Positions 9,322 to 19,186 of a stretch of 61,333 bases of DNA are shown here, piece after piece. Source of the DNA: Spirochaetales bacterium (lineage in GTDB: Bacteria; Spirochaetota; JAAYUW01); the NCBI GenBank assembly GCA_012797605.1, contig JAAZOT010000059.1:1-61333 (forward strand). The letters are read 5' to 3'. A program made the position numbers and the translations under genes. Position 1 is the stretch's first letter; the number at the start of each line of letters is the position of its first letter. The notes below the pieces were generated by a model that had not been told where the DNA came from, searched no databases, and saw only the letters and a list, made by a program, of their open reading frames with translations.

Positions 9322-10461
9322 CTAAATAATGTTATATTTTATCTTAAAGTCAAGAGAAATCATTGAAAAAATAAATTCCTCTATTTCACCATCAAATATT
9401 TTATCTGGTTGAGTACATTCATATTTTGTCCTATGATCTTTGACAAGTGTATAAGGTTGCAAAATATATGATCTTATTTGGTTTCCCCAGGAAATATCTT
9501 TCTTCTCAGCAAATGATTCCTCCTCTGTTTTCTTCTTCTCTTCTAAATAATATTGATACAATCTTGATTTTAATACTTTCATCGCCTTTTCTCTATTTTG
9601 ATGCTGAGAGCGTTCATTTTGACATACTACAACTATTTTTGAAGGAATATGATATACTCTTACAGCGGAATCAGTAGTATTTACATGCTGTCCGCCAGCT
9701 CCTGATGCTCTAAAAGTCTCAATTTTAATATCTGCTGGATTAATTTCTACTTCTATTTCATCTTTAATCTGTGGATATACATAAACTGATGCGAAAGAAG
9801 TATGTCTCCTTGCATTACTATCGAAAGGAGATATTCTTACAAGCCTATGAATCCCTGTTTCATATTTTAAAAATCCATAGGCATAATCCCCTTTAACCTC
9901 AATGGTCGCAACTTTTATTCCACCACCTTCGGCTTGAGTGTATTCTATTATATCTGCATTAAAATTTTTTCTTTCCGAATATCTTATATATTGTTTTAGC
10001 AACATCTGTGCCCAATCTGTAGACTCTAATCCTCCAGCCCCTGGTTTTATAGTTATATAAGCATTAGACTTATCTATATCCTCAAAAATAGAAAGATAAA
10101 TAAACTGCATAAAATTATTTTTAATATCATCGAAAAGTGAATGAATTTCTAAAATTTCATTTGTTTCATTTGCCGAGGTAGAATTAATCAAATTTAAAAT
10201 ATCTTCAAAATCTATTTTTAGCTTTTTTATAAGTTCGATTTTCTTTTGCAATATTTTTTGTTCATCTAAAACTCTTTGTGCTTCTTTTTGATTATCCCAA
10301 AAGTTTGTCGAACAAATTTTAGAATTAATCTCTTCATTTAATTTTTCCAGTTTTTCTAAAGAAAATGATTTTTCGATATCTAGAAATTGATCTCTAAGTT
10401 TTTCTATATCTTTCTTTAATTCATAATAATCTATAGTAGATTCTTGTTTTTTAATTTCCAT
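9322..10461 (-). CDS. prfB: Peptide chain release factor 2
   Basis: SPF specificity motif (RISPFDSNARRHTSFASV), GAGGQHVN, WGNQIRSY. Single uninterrupted ORF. Confidence 0.95.
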   Translation of the reverse strand: MEIKKQESTIDYYELKKDIEKLRDQFLDIEKSFSLEKLEKLNEEINSKICSTNFWDNQKEAQRVLDEQKILQKKIELIKKLKIDFEDILNLINSTSANETNEILEIHSLFDDIKNNFMQFIYLSIFEDIDKSNAYITIKPGAGGLESTDWAQMLLKQYIRYSERKNFNADIIEYTQAEGGGIKVATIEVKGDYAYGFLKYETGIHRLVRISPFDSNARRHTSFASVYVYPQIKDEIEVEINPADIKIETFRASGAGGQHVNTTDSAVRVYHIPSKIVVVCQNERSQHQNREKAMKVLKSRLYQYYLEEKKKTEEESFAEKKDISWGNQIRSYILQPYTLVKDHRTKYECTQPDKIFDGEIEEFIFSMISLDFKIKYNII

Positions 10462-10580
10462 GTAAGTAAATTATAAAAAAGATAAAGATTTTCAAGTCAT
10501 TATTTACTCAAATCTAATAAATGTTAAAATATTGTGCAATCTATCTTTACATTTAACGAATTTATTTTATTTATTAATTG

Positions 10581-11384
10581 ATGGAAGAAAAGAAATTAAA
10601 AATAGCAATCGTACAATTTAACCCAATAAGATCAGAAATAGAGAAAAACATAAATAAAGCTTTTGATATAATAGATAAATTTAAGGGAGCAGATGTTTAT
10701 CTTTTCCCTGAGTTATTTTTGAGTGGTTATCTTTTTGAATCTATTGATGAAGTTAAAAGACTCTCATTACTTCAAAGTGATCCATTTTTTGAAAGATTGT
10801 ATAATTTCACTAAAATAAAAAAGATTGCAATTGCTGGTGGATATGTTGAAAATGAAAGTGGAAGGTTTTTTAATTCAGCATTTCTTATCGGTGATGGTAA
10901 ATTCTTGTTGAATTATAGAAAAGTTCATCTTTTTAATGATGAAAAAGACTTTTTTACTCCATCGGTAAGTGGTTTTAAGGTTACAGAATATAAATCTATT
11001 AAATTTGGCATGATGATATGTTTTGATTGGCTTTTCCCAGAATCTGCTAGAACACTCACATTAAAAGGAGCTCAGGTAATTCTTCATCCTGCAAATCTAG
11101 TTTTACCTTATTGTCAAGATGCCATGATAACAAGAGCTATGGAAAATAAAGTTTTTATTGCGACAGCAAATCGAGTAGGTATCGAAAAGATAAAAAATAA
11201 AATACTAAAATTTACAGGTAAATCTCAAATTGTTGATCCTAACGGGAAAAGAATAGTAAGTTTTTCAGCTAATAAAGAAAGTGTTAAGATTATTGAGATA
11301 AATCCAGAATTAGCTAACAATAAAATGATTACGACTAAAAACAATGTTTTATTGGATAGAAGACCAGATCAATATATCTTATAG
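10581..11384 (+). CDS. Carbon-nitrogen hydrolase (nitrilase superfamily)
   Basis: E-K-C triad motifs FPELF, YRKVHLF, MICFDW. Also RAMEN and ANRVG. Confidence 0.9.
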   Translation: MEEKKLKIAIVQFNPIRSEIEKNINKAFDIIDKFKGADVYLFPELFLSGYLFESIDEVKRLSLLQSDPFFERLYNFTKIKKIAIAGGYVENESGRFFNSAFLIGDGKFLLNYRKVHLFNDEKDFFTPSVSGFKVTEYKSIKFGMMICFDWLFPESARTLTLKGAQVILHPANLVLPYCQDAMITRAMENKVFIATANRVGIEKIKNKILKFTGKSQIVDPNGKRIVSFSANKESVKIIEINPELANNKMITTKNNVLLDRRPDQYIL

Positions 11385-11428
11385 AATCTTTGATTTTTAT
11401 TTTATATTTTTAATTTTTATACTTTATT

Positions 11429-11510
11429 GTCGGAGTGGTGGAACTGGCAGACACGCTAGATTCAGGATCTAGTGAGGAAACTTGTAGGGGTTCAAATCCC
11501 CTCTCCGACA
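11429..11510 (+). tRNA. tRNA-Leu(CAG)
   Basis: Acceptor GTCGGAG/CTCCGAC, anticodon arm CTAGA-TTCAGGA-TCTAG, long variable arm, T loop GGTTCAAATCC. CCA not encoded. Confidence 0.95.
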
Positions 11511-11574
11511 GTTATTTTTTATTTCAAATTTTTATATTTTCTTCATAATAAAATATTTTTGTTAGAGGTTAATC

Positions 11575-12534
11575 ATGGAAGATGATGGAAAAAAGTTATT
11601 GTCAACTATATTTGGGGCACTTGAAAAAAAAATTGTCGGTCAAAAAGAAGTAATTCAAAAAATTTGTATTGCTCTTTTCGCCCAAGGACATGTACTATTA
11701 GAAGGTGTCCCTGGTATTGCTAAGACTTTAATATTGAAAAACATAGCCTCATTATTTAATTTTAGTTTCAAAAGGATACAATTTACACCAGATCTTCTTC
11801 CTTCAGATATTACTGGGAGCATGATATTTAACCCATCTACCCTCAATTTCAATCCTTATAAAGGTCCAATTTTTAATTCTATTATACTTGCAGATGAAAT
11901 TAACAGAGCACCAGCAAAAATACAATCTGCATTACTTCAGGCAATGCAAGAGCATGAAGTAAACCTTGGAGGAGAAAATTATAAGCTGCCCGACCCATTT
12001 TTTGTAATTGCTACTCAAAATCCTATTGAGCATGAGGGCACATATCCTCTTCCTGAAGCTCAACTGGATAGATTTATGTTCAAGATTTTAATAAATTATC
12101 CCAGTAAGGAAGAAGAAATTGCCATATTAAAAAATCTACAATCAATAGAAGAAGATGAAATATCCCCAGTTTTTAGCCAGATTAACTATACCAATATTAT
12201 TAATAATATAAAAAAAATATATTGTGACGAAAGGATACTTAATTATATAACAGATATAGTTGCTGCAACAAGAAATCAAACCAATTATGCACTGTCTCAT
12301 CTTTCAAATTATATCCAATGGGGTGCTTCTACTAGAGCAACTATTTATTTGCTTAAAGCATCAAAAGTAAAAGCTTTCTTCGAAGGTAGAAATTATGTTA
12401 TCCCAGAAGATATTTCCTATGTGGCACATGAAATATTAAGACATAGAATAATTCTTTCTTATGAAGCAATTACAGAAAATATCTCTACCGATTCAATTAT
12501 TGATGACATAATTGAACACATTCAGGTAAGATAA
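11575..12534 (+). CDS. moxR: MoxR family AAA+ ATPase
   Basis: LLEGVPGIAKT, RIQFTPDLLPSDITG, LADEINRAPAKIQSALL, ATQNPIEHEGTYPLPEAQLDRF. Confidence 0.95.
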   Translation: MEDDGKKLLSTIFGALEKKIVGQKEVIQKICIALFAQGHVLLEGVPGIAKTLILKNIASLFNFSFKRIQFTPDLLPSDITGSMIFNPSTLNFNPYKGPIFNSIILADEINRAPAKIQSALLQAMQEHEVNLGGENYKLPDPFFVIATQNPIEHEGTYPLPEAQLDRFMFKILINYPSKEEEIAILKNLQSIEEDEISPVFSQINYTNIINNIKKIYCDERILNYITDIVAATRNQTNYALSHLSNYIQWGASTRATIYLLKASKVKAFFEGRNYVIPEDISYVAHEILRHRIILSYEAITENISTDSIIDDIIEHIQVR

Positions 12535-12535
12535 A

Positions 12536-13381
12536 TTGAAAGTAAAACTTGCAGAAGATATATTTTTCAAAAATCAATTGCTTTCACTTTATAAAATGTC
12601 TAATAAGACCTTTATTGGTGAATTCAAAAGTGCTTTCAAAGGTATGGGGCTTGATTTCAATCAAAACAGAATCTTCACTGAAAATGACCCAATTAGACAA
12701 ATAAATTGGAATTTATTTGCTAAACTTAGAACCTTGTATGTTAAAGAATACATTGAAGATAGGAATAGATTTAATCTAATAGCTGTTGATATTTCTAAAT
12801 CAATGTTTCAAAAATTTGGTAAAAAGACTAAAATTGAAATCGCCTTAGAAACAGCTTTAGCCCTTACCTATTCTTCTTTAAAAGCAAATGACAACACCAG
12901 TTTTATATTATTCGATAGTGAAATTAGATATTTTTTCCCGTTCAATAGAAAATTTGGATATTTTTTTAAGATTTTAAATACCTTAAACTCTTTATATATA
13001 GATTTAAAGCCTTCTGATAGAATTCAAAAAATATTTAAAAACTTATATAATATTTTGAAAAAACGAAGTCAAATATTTTTAATATCTGACTTTTCTTTTC
13101 CTATAAATTTTGAAGATATAGACTTTGTAACTTTAAAACATAACCTTACCTCAATATTGGTTGTAGAAAAAGAGGAAGAAAAGTTATCTGAACAATTAAA
13201 ATATTTTTCATCTAATGAAAATCCAAATCTCTACATTCAGATTCCTTATCATCAACTTGTCGAAAACGCTATAAAGGAGATTAGAAAGACTAATAGTGAT
13301 CTTATAATTATAAATTCTGATAATGATCCCTATATTATTTTACAAAAGTTTTTTGAAAATAAGATAATAAAGCAATATTAA
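12536..13381 (+). CDS. DUF58 domain protein (MoxR-associated, VWA-like)
   Basis: FKGMGLDF, DPIRQINWN, LYVKEY, VDISKSM, FLISDF. Follows moxR directly. Confidence 0.85.
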   Translation: MKVKLAEDIFFKNQLLSLYKMSNKTFIGEFKSAFKGMGLDFNQNRIFTENDPIRQINWNLFAKLRTLYVKEYIEDRNRFNLIAVDISKSMFQKFGKKTKIEIALETALALTYSSLKANDNTSFILFDSEIRYFFPFNRKFGYFFKILNTLNSLYIDLKPSDRIQKIFKNLYNILKKRSQIFLISDFSFPINFEDIDFVTLKHNLTSILVVEKEEEKLSEQLKYFSSNENPNLYIQIPYHQLVENAIKEIRKTNSDLIIINSDNDPYIILQKFFENKIIKQY

Positions 13382-13383
13382 TA

Positions 13384-14223
13384 ATGAAAAAAAATATTAA
13401 TATTTTATTTTTGATATTTTCTTTATCAATGACAATTCTATCAAGCAATTTTTATATTAGTCCAAAATCTCCTTATGCAGGGCAAGTCTTTACTTTATCT
13501 ATAAATCTATATCAATATGGAATATTTAATATTGATCCCTCAAAAAGTTTTGTAAAAACTACTAATCCATATATAAATATAATTTCATATAAAATTTCAG
13601 AAAAAGATAACAAATATTATTTAAAAATAAGGTTGCAACTTTTTCTTACTGGTATTGTTGATTTATCCGATCTGATTTTTTTTGATGGGAATTCTTACTA
13701 TAATTTTAGTTCCATAAGTTTTCAATTAAATTCAAACATAAAAGAATTCTATATTTTACCTTACTTAAAAAAATTTCAGAAATTTTATCTAATTAGATTT
13801 TTTATTTTTTATCTTCTTTTTATATTAATTTCTTTTACTTTTATATTTCTTTTTCATAAAATCAAAAAATATTATTCTTCCTTTAATAAAAGCAAAAAAG
13901 AAAAAGCTTTTCTATTAAATAACTTGAAAAAACTAAATAGAATAAAGAATGAATTAACAAATGATTCTATTTCTGAAATTGATTTCAAGCAAAATTTAAT
14001 TCATTTTACCTCAATCTTATCTGAATTATTAGATTCAAACCTTAAAATACTAAATCATTTTAGCAAAATCGATATTTTGGATTCTAATAATTCTGAATTG
14101 AGCTCTTTTACATATAAAAGTGAAAAAGATATATTTGAATCTAAAAATAGAATTATAAGTAGTATTTCTTTTATTTTAAATGAATTAAATAACTTGTTAA
14201 AAAATGAATATGGGAAACATTAA
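13384..14223 (+). CDS. Membrane-anchored hypothetical protein of the Bat operon
   Basis: Signal-like N-terminus and one central TM segment. Occupies the usual position between DUF58 and batA. Confidence 0.6.
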   Translation: MKKNINILFLIFSLSMTILSSNFYISPKSPYAGQVFTLSINLYQYGIFNIDPSKSFVKTTNPYINIISYKISEKDNKYYLKIRLQLFLTGIVDLSDLIFFDGNSYYNFSSISFQLNSNIKEFYILPYLKKFQKFYLIRFFIFYLLFILISFTFIFLFHKIKKYYSSFNKSKKEKAFLLNNLKKLNRIKNELTNDSISEIDFKQNLIHFTSILSELLDSNLKILNHFSKIDILDSNNSELSSFTYKSEKDIFESKNRIISSISFILNELNNLLKNEYGKH

Positions 14224-15196
14224 ATTTGAAAATCCATTTTTATTACTTTTTTTAATACCAACTTTCATTTTAGGATATATAATTTTAGTAAAAGGTTTTG
14301 TTTTTGATGGTTATCCACTAAGTTCATTCACAAATAAACCTAAAAAAATAAATATCGTAAAGTACTTAAAATATTTAATTTTTTTACTATCGGTATTTTT
14401 TTTAATACTTGGTTCTTCAACCCCACTTTATCTTTCATACAAGATACCTATTGAAGAAAAAGGCCATTCCTTTATTATATGTCTAGATATTTCATCTACC
14501 ATGAAAGCACTTGATTTCGGAACCCAAGATAGATTATCTAAAGCAAAAGAAGTAATAAGTGAATTTATTAAAAATAGACAACTTGATTTTTTTGGTATTA
14601 TAATATTTGCAAAGTATGCAATCCCTTATGTGCCTTTGACATCTGACACTTTATTTGTCCAAAAAAAATTGAATGAAATTGAAACTGAGATGATTGAAGA
14701 TGGGACTGCAATTGGAAACGCAATAATAATGGCAATTCAACAATTGCAAAATTATAAAGGAGAATCAAAAAATATAATTTTATTAACTGATGGTATTAAC
14801 AATGAAGGTTATATACACCCGATTTATGCAGCAAGTGAAGCAAAAAAATATAATATAAAGATATATCCAATTGCAATAGGTTCAACAAATCCTGTATCTT
14901 TCCCTTTTAAGGACTCAAGAGGCATGATTTACACAAGAAAAATCAGTATACCAGTCGATTATGAACTATTAAGCCAGATTTCACAAATTGGTGGAAATGG
15001 TGAAAATTTTATAGCAAAAAATTTTAAAGACTTGCAGAAAATCTTTAGATCAATTGATAAACAAAAACCTATAGTTACAAATATAAAGACCTATTATAAA
15101 TACAAGAAGTTAGATAATATTTTATATATTTTTTCTATCATTTTCTTTGTACTATTTTTATTAATTCAGTTTATTATTTTAGAGGTACAATACTAG
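14204..15196 (+). CDS. batA: BatA-like VWA domain membrane protein
   Basis: N-terminal FENPFLLLFL, MIDAS DISST, VPLTSD, DGTAIGNAI, ILLTDGINN, C-terminal TM. Confidence 0.85.
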   Translation: MNMGNIKFENPFLLLFLIPTFILGYIILVKGFVFDGYPLSSFTNKPKKINIVKYLKYLIFLLSVFFLILGSSTPLYLSYKIPIEEKGHSFIICLDISSTMKALDFGTQDRLSKAKEVISEFIKNRQLDFFGIIIFAKYAIPYVPLTSDTLFVQKKLNEIETEMIEDGTAIGNAIIMAIQQLQNYKGESKNIILLTDGINNEGYIHPIYAASEAKKYNIKIYPIAIGSTNPVSFPFKDSRGMIYTRKISIPVDYELLSQISQIGGNGENFIAKNFKDLQKIFRSIDKQKPIVTNIKTYYKYKKLDNILYIFSIIFFVLFLLIQFIILEVQY

Positions 15197-16183
15197 ATGA
15201 CCAAATTCTCTTTAATAATATTTTTATTTCTTTTTGTTTTTATAATATCAATTGTCATAAGACATTATTACTTAAAAATGAAAATCAAAAAAGATAACGA
15301 CAAAATATATAAAATTTTATTTCTAGCAAAAATAATATTACTGATTTTAATTTCATTTTTCATATCATTGACTTTTTCAAGTTATAAAGCTGGACTTAAA
15401 AAGGTAGTTAACTACTCTACTTTTATAGATAATATAATATTAATTGATTATTCCACTTCAATGCTTGCGAATGATCTGAAACCCACAAGATTTGATCAAG
15501 CAAAAAATCTAGCATTGTATTTAGTCGAGAATTCTAATAATTGCAGATTTGCTCTTATCCTTTTTGGTGATGATCCTTTACTTGAAGTTCCTCTAACGGA
15601 TAATATAGAATACTTAAAAAATATAATTTCAACAATTCAAATTAATGATGATTATTATAGAGCTTCAAATATTTTGCTAGCCTTTTATGCCGCGATAAAT
15701 CTCCTTGAATCAAGTCCTTCCTTCTATAAAAATATTGTATTACTTTCAGATTTTGATTTTGATCAGGTAATTTCAGAAAAATTAAATGAAATGTTGCTAA
15801 GCAATATTAATAATCTATATAGTGTTATTATTTCATCGGAAGAAGGTTCAAAGATATGGTTACCTAATAAAAAAACTTATCTAGTAGATAAGTTCCAGAA
15901 TGAAGTATTCTCATCACCAAACAGACAATTTATCTCATCTATTTTAAAATTACCAAACTCATTGGTATCAGATTTTAATAATATGTCATATAATAGCATA
16001 GTCTCTATAATTAATTCCAACAAGAAGCTTACTTCTAAAATGGAAAAACACGAGACTTATGCTCCAAGAGAATTAAATTTTATTTTTGGTTCAATTGCAG
16101 CTTTTTTAATGATTATTTTCATTATTTTATCTACACCAATTTTTCAAAATTTGAATTATAAAACAAAAAATTATAGAAATTAA
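15197..16183 (+). CDS. batB: BatB-like VWA domain membrane protein
   Basis: DYSTSMLANDLKPTRF, VPLTD, VLLSD, flanking TMs. Follows batA. Confidence 0.8.
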   Translation: MTKFSLIIFLFLFVFIISIVIRHYYLKMKIKKDNDKIYKILFLAKIILLILISFFISLTFSSYKAGLKKVVNYSTFIDNIILIDYSTSMLANDLKPTRFDQAKNLALYLVENSNNCRFALILFGDDPLLEVPLTDNIEYLKNIISTIQINDDYYRASNILLAFYAAINLLESSPSFYKNIVLLSDFDFDQVISEKLNEMLLSNINNLYSVIISSEEGSKIWLPNKKTYLVDKFQNEVFSSPNRQFISSILKLPNSLVSDFNNMSYNSIVSIINSNKKLTSKMEKHETYAPRELNFIFGSIAAFLMIIFIILSTPIFQNLNYKTKNYRN

Positions 16184-16225
16184 AAATATTAAAGGATAAT
16201 AAAAAATATTAAGAACTAATTTACT

Positions 16226-16810
16226 ATGAAGAAATTTATTAGACATTTAATCTATATTTTACCAATAATAAGCATTTTGTATTTTATATTATTACTAATA
16301 ATGCCTATAGGAAGAATTTTCTTATTCTCCTTTTTTTGGAAAGATGATTTTTTATTTTGCAATTATTCCAATATTTCTAATTCTTATCCAAATTTGAAAT
16401 ATATTATCTTTATAGATATCTCCTATATTTTATTGAAAAACAATATTTACGATAAAGGAAAATTTTATATAGATTCAATAGATCTTGAAAAAATCTCTCA
16501 AAAAGACAAAGCAATGATTTTAAATTATTATGGATATATATCTTTTAAGAATAATAACTTGGAAAAATCCAAGGAATATTTGATTGAGGCTTGCAAAATC
16601 GATCCATCAAATTTTATTTTAATTAGCAATTTGAATTATATTCTTAGCTTAATTAATAAAAAAAATCCGGATAATAATAGCGATAAGAATGATAAATTAT
16701 CCGATGTAATAGAATTAGAAAATTTAAATAACCTTCAAAACGCTGAAAACCAGATAATAAAGTTTAAAACCGAAAAAAGAAAAGAAAGTAGAATCAATAG
16801 ATATTGGTAA
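16226..16810 (+). CDS. BatC-like TPR protein
   Basis: N-terminal TM, TPR-like LNYYGY...EACKIDPSN, C-terminal aromatic W. Operon position. Confidence 0.6.
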   Translation: MKKFIRHLIYILPIISILYFILLLIMPIGRIFLFSFFWKDDFLFCNYSNISNSYPNLKYIIFIDISYILLKNNIYDKGKFYIDSIDLEKISQKDKAMILNYYGYISFKNNNLEKSKEYLIEACKIDPSNFILISNLNYILSLINKKNPDNNSDKNDKLSDVIELENLNNLQNAENQIIKFKTEKRKESRINRYW

Positions 16811-18411
16811 GCAATAATATGAGATATAAAAATAGATTAACTACAGCTTTATTTTTAATTTTTCTTTTTTTTATTTTTATCTCATCGGAAGATGAAATTA
16901 TAACCATTAGTGCAAAAATTGAGCCTACGACTATATATGTAAACGAAGAGTTTAAGATAATAGTAACAATCGAATCAAATGAACCTATTAATATACAAGA
17001 GTTACCAGAATTTGATAAAATATATGAAATTAAAGTACTAAGACCACCACAGATAGAACAAAAATATGAAGCCACTTATCTAAGCTATAGAATAAACAAA
17101 ATTTATACTTCTATAATAACATTTTTTCTAATTTGTGAAGAAGAAGTAAATATTCAAGGTTCTTCATTAAAATTTAAAATTAATAATAAAATTCATATTT
17201 TAAAAGACTTCGTCATTCCAATCATTTCGAAATCATCTATTTTTACTGATCTCACTTTTCAAAATATTTTATCTTTTAGTTATGAACCTAAACAAATATT
17301 TATTGGTCAACCTCTCATTTGTGAATGGATTCTTTTTAGTAAACAGGAGATAGATAGAATAGATTTATTAAATTTACCACTTATATCTGGCGGTGTCTTT
17401 AAAAAAATTGAAGTTCAAAATAACAAAGAAGTAATTTCTCTTTTTGATGAACAAATAAATAAATATACTATTTTAAAGCTTCTTGTTTTACCTGATTCGA
17501 CGCTTTTATCATTTGATAAATTTGACTTTAAGGTTTTTTTTCATGTGAATGATGAAAAAAAAGAATATAATTTAACCTTTCAAGATAAAAAAATTAATAT
17601 ATTTTCATTACCATCTACACCACAAAATTTCTTTGGACTTATAGGAAATTATTCTATCAGCTATAACTTTAAAAGAGTAGAGAATAAGAATAATATCTTT
17701 TATATTCTCGAAATCATTTTTACTGGTAAGGGCAATCATAGATATATAAATTTTAAAAAATTAAAAATAGAACAACAGCATTTCAATATTTTCGGTCCAG
17801 ATATAATCCAATCAGAAGACAGTGTTATACTCGATTATTATCTTTATCCAAAACAAACTGGATTTATAAATTTAGATCAAATAAATATTCCTGTTTTCAA
17901 TACAGATAAAAAAGATTATGATACTTTCATAATACCGAAATCTACATTTTATATTTCCCAAAACTTCGATCAATTGTTTAGTAGTTTTAATTTTACAAAA
18001 AATATTCAACAATTTTCAAATAAGAATATCTCGAATTTTTTTGATTTATTTAATTTTATAGATATCTACTTAATATTTTTAATGTTATTTTCACTAATTA
18101 TAATCAGTTTGTTTGTAAACAAAATCTTCAATCAATTGTCTTTTAAGCAAAATATTAAAAAATATGATAATCAAGATATAATAAACTTATGGCATACCTT
18201 TTACAGATTGAATAATTTTAAAAATGATTCAGAAATAGAAAAATGGATAGATAATCAGCCAAATAGGATAAAACAGATAATTCAGAATGTTCATTCTGTT
18301 TATTACTCATATTTTTTAGGTAATTCAATAGATTTAAATTCAAGAAAAATCAAAAATATTGCAAATAATTTTCAAAAATACTTAAGAAAGAATTATAAAG
18401 TAAATAAATAA
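16804..18411 (+). CDS. batD: BatD family protein
   Basis: Signal peptide, AKIEPTTIYVNEEF, FIGQPL, LP...FFGLIGNY, GKGN, C-terminal TM. Alternative ATG at 16819. Confidence 0.7.
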   Translation: MVSNNMRYKNRLTTALFLIFLFFIFISSEDEIITISAKIEPTTIYVNEEFKIIVTIESNEPINIQELPEFDKIYEIKVLRPPQIEQKYEATYLSYRINKIYTSIITFFLICEEEVNIQGSSLKFKINNKIHILKDFVIPIISKSSIFTDLTFQNILSFSYEPKQIFIGQPLICEWILFSKQEIDRIDLLNLPLISGGVFKKIEVQNNKEVISLFDEQINKYTILKLLVLPDSTLLSFDKFDFKVFFHVNDEKKEYNLTFQDKKINIFSLPSTPQNFFGLIGNYSISYNFKRVENKNNIFYILEIIFTGKGNHRYINFKKLKIEQQHFNIFGPDIIQSEDSVILDYYLYPKQTGFINLDQINIPVFNTDKKDYDTFIIPKSTFYISQNFDQLFSSFNFTKNIQQFSNKNISNFFDLFNFIDIYLIFLMLFSLIIISLFVNKIFNQLSFKQNIKKYDNQDIINLWHTFYRLNNFKNDSEIEKWIDNQPNRIKQIIQNVHSVYYSYFLGNSIDLNSRKIKNIANNFQKYLRKNYKVNK

Positions 18412-18415
18412 TAAT

Positions 18416-19186
18416 ATGAAAAAAAATAAAAATATTTTATCTTCATTTCTCATCAAGACTATTGTATTAACACTGTTTTTTTGTATTTCATTTTTTTTCT
18501 ATTACTATTTAATGAAAAATAAAATTAATGAATATGACTTATTGTTAAATAAAGCATTAGATTTGGTAGATAAACAAAATTTTCTCGAAGCACTAGACAT
18601 TTTTGAAGAAATTTACTCCAAAGGATATAGAACTATTACTATTGTACAAAACTGTATCTATTCTTATCAAATGACAAATCAAATGAATAAAATGTACATA
18701 TTTATTCGAAGAGCTTCTATAGATAATGGTTTTAATCCACCATTTAATAAATATATCAATTCTATCATACCTGATGATTATAGTTGGTTAAGTAAAATTA
18801 CTTTTATTGATTATATTAACAATTTTATTATTTTTTTAATTATTCTTATTTCAATATTAATAGTCATCATTTTTTATTTTATAACTGATGATAAAAAAAG
18901 GTTAGTAGTCTTTTATTTAATTTTAATATTATTAAATATTTTCTTTATATCTTTATTTTTCATAAAATTAAGTTACTATTTACATAGAAATGAAGCAATT
19001 TCAATAAATTCAGCAGATATATATAATTTCCCTATTGAAAATTTACAACCTTCTTTTACAATAAAAGAATACTTAAAATTAAAAATTATTACCTATTATG
19101 GTGATTTTGTTTTAATAAAACTTCCAGATGGGAAAAAAGGTTGGATTTTAAAGAAAAACATATTAAAGGTTTTCGATGATAAATGA
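18416..19186 (+). CDS. BatE-like protein (TPR + TMs + SH3-like domain)
   Basis: TPR-like helices, two TMs, C-terminal IKLPDGKKGWI (SH3b-like). Confidence 0.65.
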   Translation: MKKNKNILSSFLIKTIVLTLFFCISFFFYYYLMKNKINEYDLLLNKALDLVDKQNFLEALDIFEEIYSKGYRTITIVQNCIYSYQMTNQMNKMYIFIRRASIDNGFNPPFNKYINSIIPDDYSWLSKITFIDYINNFIIFLIILISILIVIIFYFITDDKKRLVVFYLILILLNIFFISLFFIKLSYYLHRNEAISINSADIYNFPIENLQPSFTIKEYLKLKIITYYGDFVLIKLPDGKKGWILKKNILKVFDDK

